A stretch of 58,183 bases of DNA from Candidatus Deferrimicrobium sp. (GTDB lineage Bacteria; Desulfobacterota; Deferrimicrobia; Deferrimicrobiales; Deferrimicrobiaceae): the NCBI GenBank assembly GCA_049664185.1, contig JBATEU010000236.1, forward strand, positions 1 through 58,183, written 5' to 3'. A program made the position numbers and the translations under genes. This document shows, in pieces, positions 56,778 through 58,183 of the stretch (position 1 is the first letter of the stretch; each line of letters starts with the position of its first letter). The notes beneath the pieces are model-generated. The model saw nothing but the letters and a program-made list of their open reading frames with translations, made no database searches and was not told the origin of the DNA.

Positions 56778-57430
56778 CCCGCGGGCCGGATACGGCGGAA
56801 CAGGTCGGGGAAGCGGTCGACGGTGAAGTCGGGCGGATACTCGGCGAACCCGGATGCCCCCAGGCCGTAGGTGACGCCGCAGGTGACGGCGCCGGCCGCC
56901 CTTCCCGCCAGCACGTCGTTGCGGGAATCCCCGACCATGATCGCTTCCCGCGCCTCGGCCCCCGCCTCCCGGAGGAGGTGGAGCAACCCTTCCGGGTCGG
57001 GCTTTTTGGTGTCGAAGCTGTCCCCCCCGCGCACCTCGAAGAAGTACCCGTCGAGGGAGAGCCCCGAAAGGATCTCCCTCGACATCGCCACTCCCTTGTT
57101 CGTCAGCACGGCCATCCGGTAGATTCCCGCCCATTTCCGCAGCGCCTCGGCCACCCCCGGATATGCCCGGGTGGAGTCCAGCAGATGCCTCCGGTAATAC
57201 GCCAGGAACCGGTCGAGGACCTCCGGGAGCAGGGCGGCCTTTTCCTTTGGCAGGGCGCGCAGGATCAGCGCGGACGCGCCGTCCCCGACGTACGAGTAGA
57301 TCACCGGCTTCGGCAAGGGAGGGAGATCGAACGACTCGAGAGCCACGTTCACGGCGTTCGAGAGGTCCTCCTTCGAATCCACCAGCGTTCCGTCCAGGTC
57401 GAAGACCAGCAGCCTCGCCGCGTACTCCAT
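56774..57430 (-). CDS. HAD-superfamily phosphatase (phosphoglycolate phosphatase-like)
   Basis: 218 aa from MEYAARLLVFDLDGTLVDS (DxDGT motif I), TNK (motif II), K…GDSRNDV (motifs III/IV). Confidence 0.8.
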   Translation of the reverse strand: MEYAARLLVFDLDGTLVDSKEDLSNAVNVALESFDLPPLPKPVIYSYVGDGASALILRALPKEKAALLPEVLDRFLAYYRRHLLDSTRAYPGVAEALRKWAGIYRMAVLTNKGVAMSREILSGLSLDGYFFEVRGGDSFDTKKPDPEGLLHLLREAGAEAREAIMVGDSRNDVLAGRAAGAVTCGVTYGLGASGFAEYPPDFTVDRFPDLFRRIRPAG

Positions 57431-57566
57431 CCCGTCATTGTAATGAAAATCCCGCTCAAAATGGCAGTCGCCGCCGGCGGCTGAAAAGAGCCCGGTTTGG
57501 GCTGGGGACGCCTGCCCCCGCAGCCCTTGGATCGACAGGCCTCCCGGCACCATCGCGCATCGCCGC

Positions 57567-57608
57567 TTGACCGGCCTCGCGGATGCCACTACATTCCTTA
57601 TAGGAATG
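57567..57608 (+). promoter_or_regulatory. Candidate sigma70 promoter of bfr with an overlapping palindromic operator
   Basis: TTGACC (57567-57572), a 17-nt spacer, then TACATT (57590-57595). The palindrome CATTCC-TTATA-GGAATG (57592-57608) overlaps the -10 element. Confidence 0.4.
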
Positions 57609-57637
57609 ATCAACTGCAGATCCGGGAGGAGGCGTCG

Positions 57638-58105
57638 ATGAAAGGAAATGGAAAGCTCTTGGAAACGTTGAACTCGCTGCTGTCGGAGGAACTGACCGCC
57701 ATCAACCAGTACATGGTCCATTCGGAGATGAGCGCCAACTGGGGGTACGAGAAGCTGCACAAGCATTTTGAGAAACAGGCGATCGATGAAATGAAACACG
57801 CCGAGAAACTGATCGGCCGGATCCTTTTCCTCGAGGGAACACCGATCGTCAACAAACTCGGGCGGATATCCATCGGCGCGGATGCATCCAAACAGCTCGC
57901 CAGCGATCACGCACTCGAGTTGAGCGCCATCAAGGCGTACAACGACGCCATCAAACTCGCCGGAGAGGTCGGCGACTTCGCCACCCGGGAGATCCTGGAG
58001 CATATTCTCCAGGAGGAGGATGCGCATATCGATCGGATCGAGGGGCTGCGGGACCAGATAGGACACATGACGCTTCCCATCTTTCTCGCCACCCAGAACG
58101 GATAG
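57638..58105 (+). CDS. bfr: Bacterioferritin
   Basis: 155 aa. LNSLLSEELTAINQYMVHS…EMKHAEKLIGRILFLEG…ILQEEDAHIDRIE carries the ferroxidase-centre and Met haem-ligand pattern of Bfr. GGGAGGAGG RBS. Confidence 0.9.
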   Translation: MKGNGKLLETLNSLLSEELTAINQYMVHSEMSANWGYEKLHKHFEKQAIDEMKHAEKLIGRILFLEGTPIVNKLGRISIGADASKQLASDHALELSAIKAYNDAIKLAGEVGDFATREILEHILQEEDAHIDRIEGLRDQIGHMTLPIFLATQNG

Positions 58106-58183
58106 AAGGATCGAGCGCCGTCGAGCCGATCCCTTGCCGGGAAGCCGGATCTTTTGTGACGGTACGGATGGACGACCATGGAG

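Overview
High-G+C bacterial chromosomal window. From gene content it probably comes from an anaerobic, deltaproteobacteria-like (Desulfobacterota-type) organism that uses selenocysteine; this is an inference. I support about 60 coding regions. Most other long ORFs in the track are antisense or out-of-frame artefacts of the high G+C content (Arg/Pro/Gly-rich, overlapping genes with clear family signatures).

Layout:
- 1-5.8 kb: aryl-acid module. PaaK fragment, ACT protein, ketopantoate-reductase-like, tungsten-type aldehyde:ferredoxin oxidoreductase with a fused MoaD/ThiS-like tail, thiolase.
- 5.8-6.8 kb: low-G+C islet with a secreted DUF2059-like protein.
- 6.8-8.1 kb: bactofilin plus M23 peptidase.
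- 8.2-14.0 kb (minus strand): class I ATP-dependent benzoyl-CoA reductase operon oah-bcrCBAD.
- 14.5-22.0 kb, divergent from it: ArsR-TusA-MvhD-HdrL(in-frame TGA)-HdrA-wHTH-QmoC-like-DsrE cluster. I consider this the most novel system in the window.
- 22.2-30.8 kb: extracytoplasmic sulfur/haem module. Histidine kinase with a Cys-rich tail, rhodanese lipoprotein joined in frame through TGA to a decahaem cytochrome, periplasmic DsrE-like protein, head-to-head truncated sigma54 activator and porin-like gene, octahaem cytochrome.
- 30.7-34.2 kb: GNATs, SDR, amidohydrolase, Rrf2.
- 34.4-46.4 kb: two LivKHMGF-type ABC importers, an MFS transporter and a second PaaK.
- 46.5-58.1 kb: housekeeping genes (rsmI, ADH, degenerate NtrC-like regulator, AmrS radical SAM, acyP, ligA, pgk, RMD1-like, CPBP protease, HAD phosphatase, bfr).

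Non-coding structure includes a 158-bp MITE-like palindromic insert inside the hdr operon, a GGGGACAC-type intergenic repeat family at two loci, strong hairpin terminators, and two SECIS-like hairpins after in-frame TGA codons. I found no rRNA, tRNA or CRISPR.
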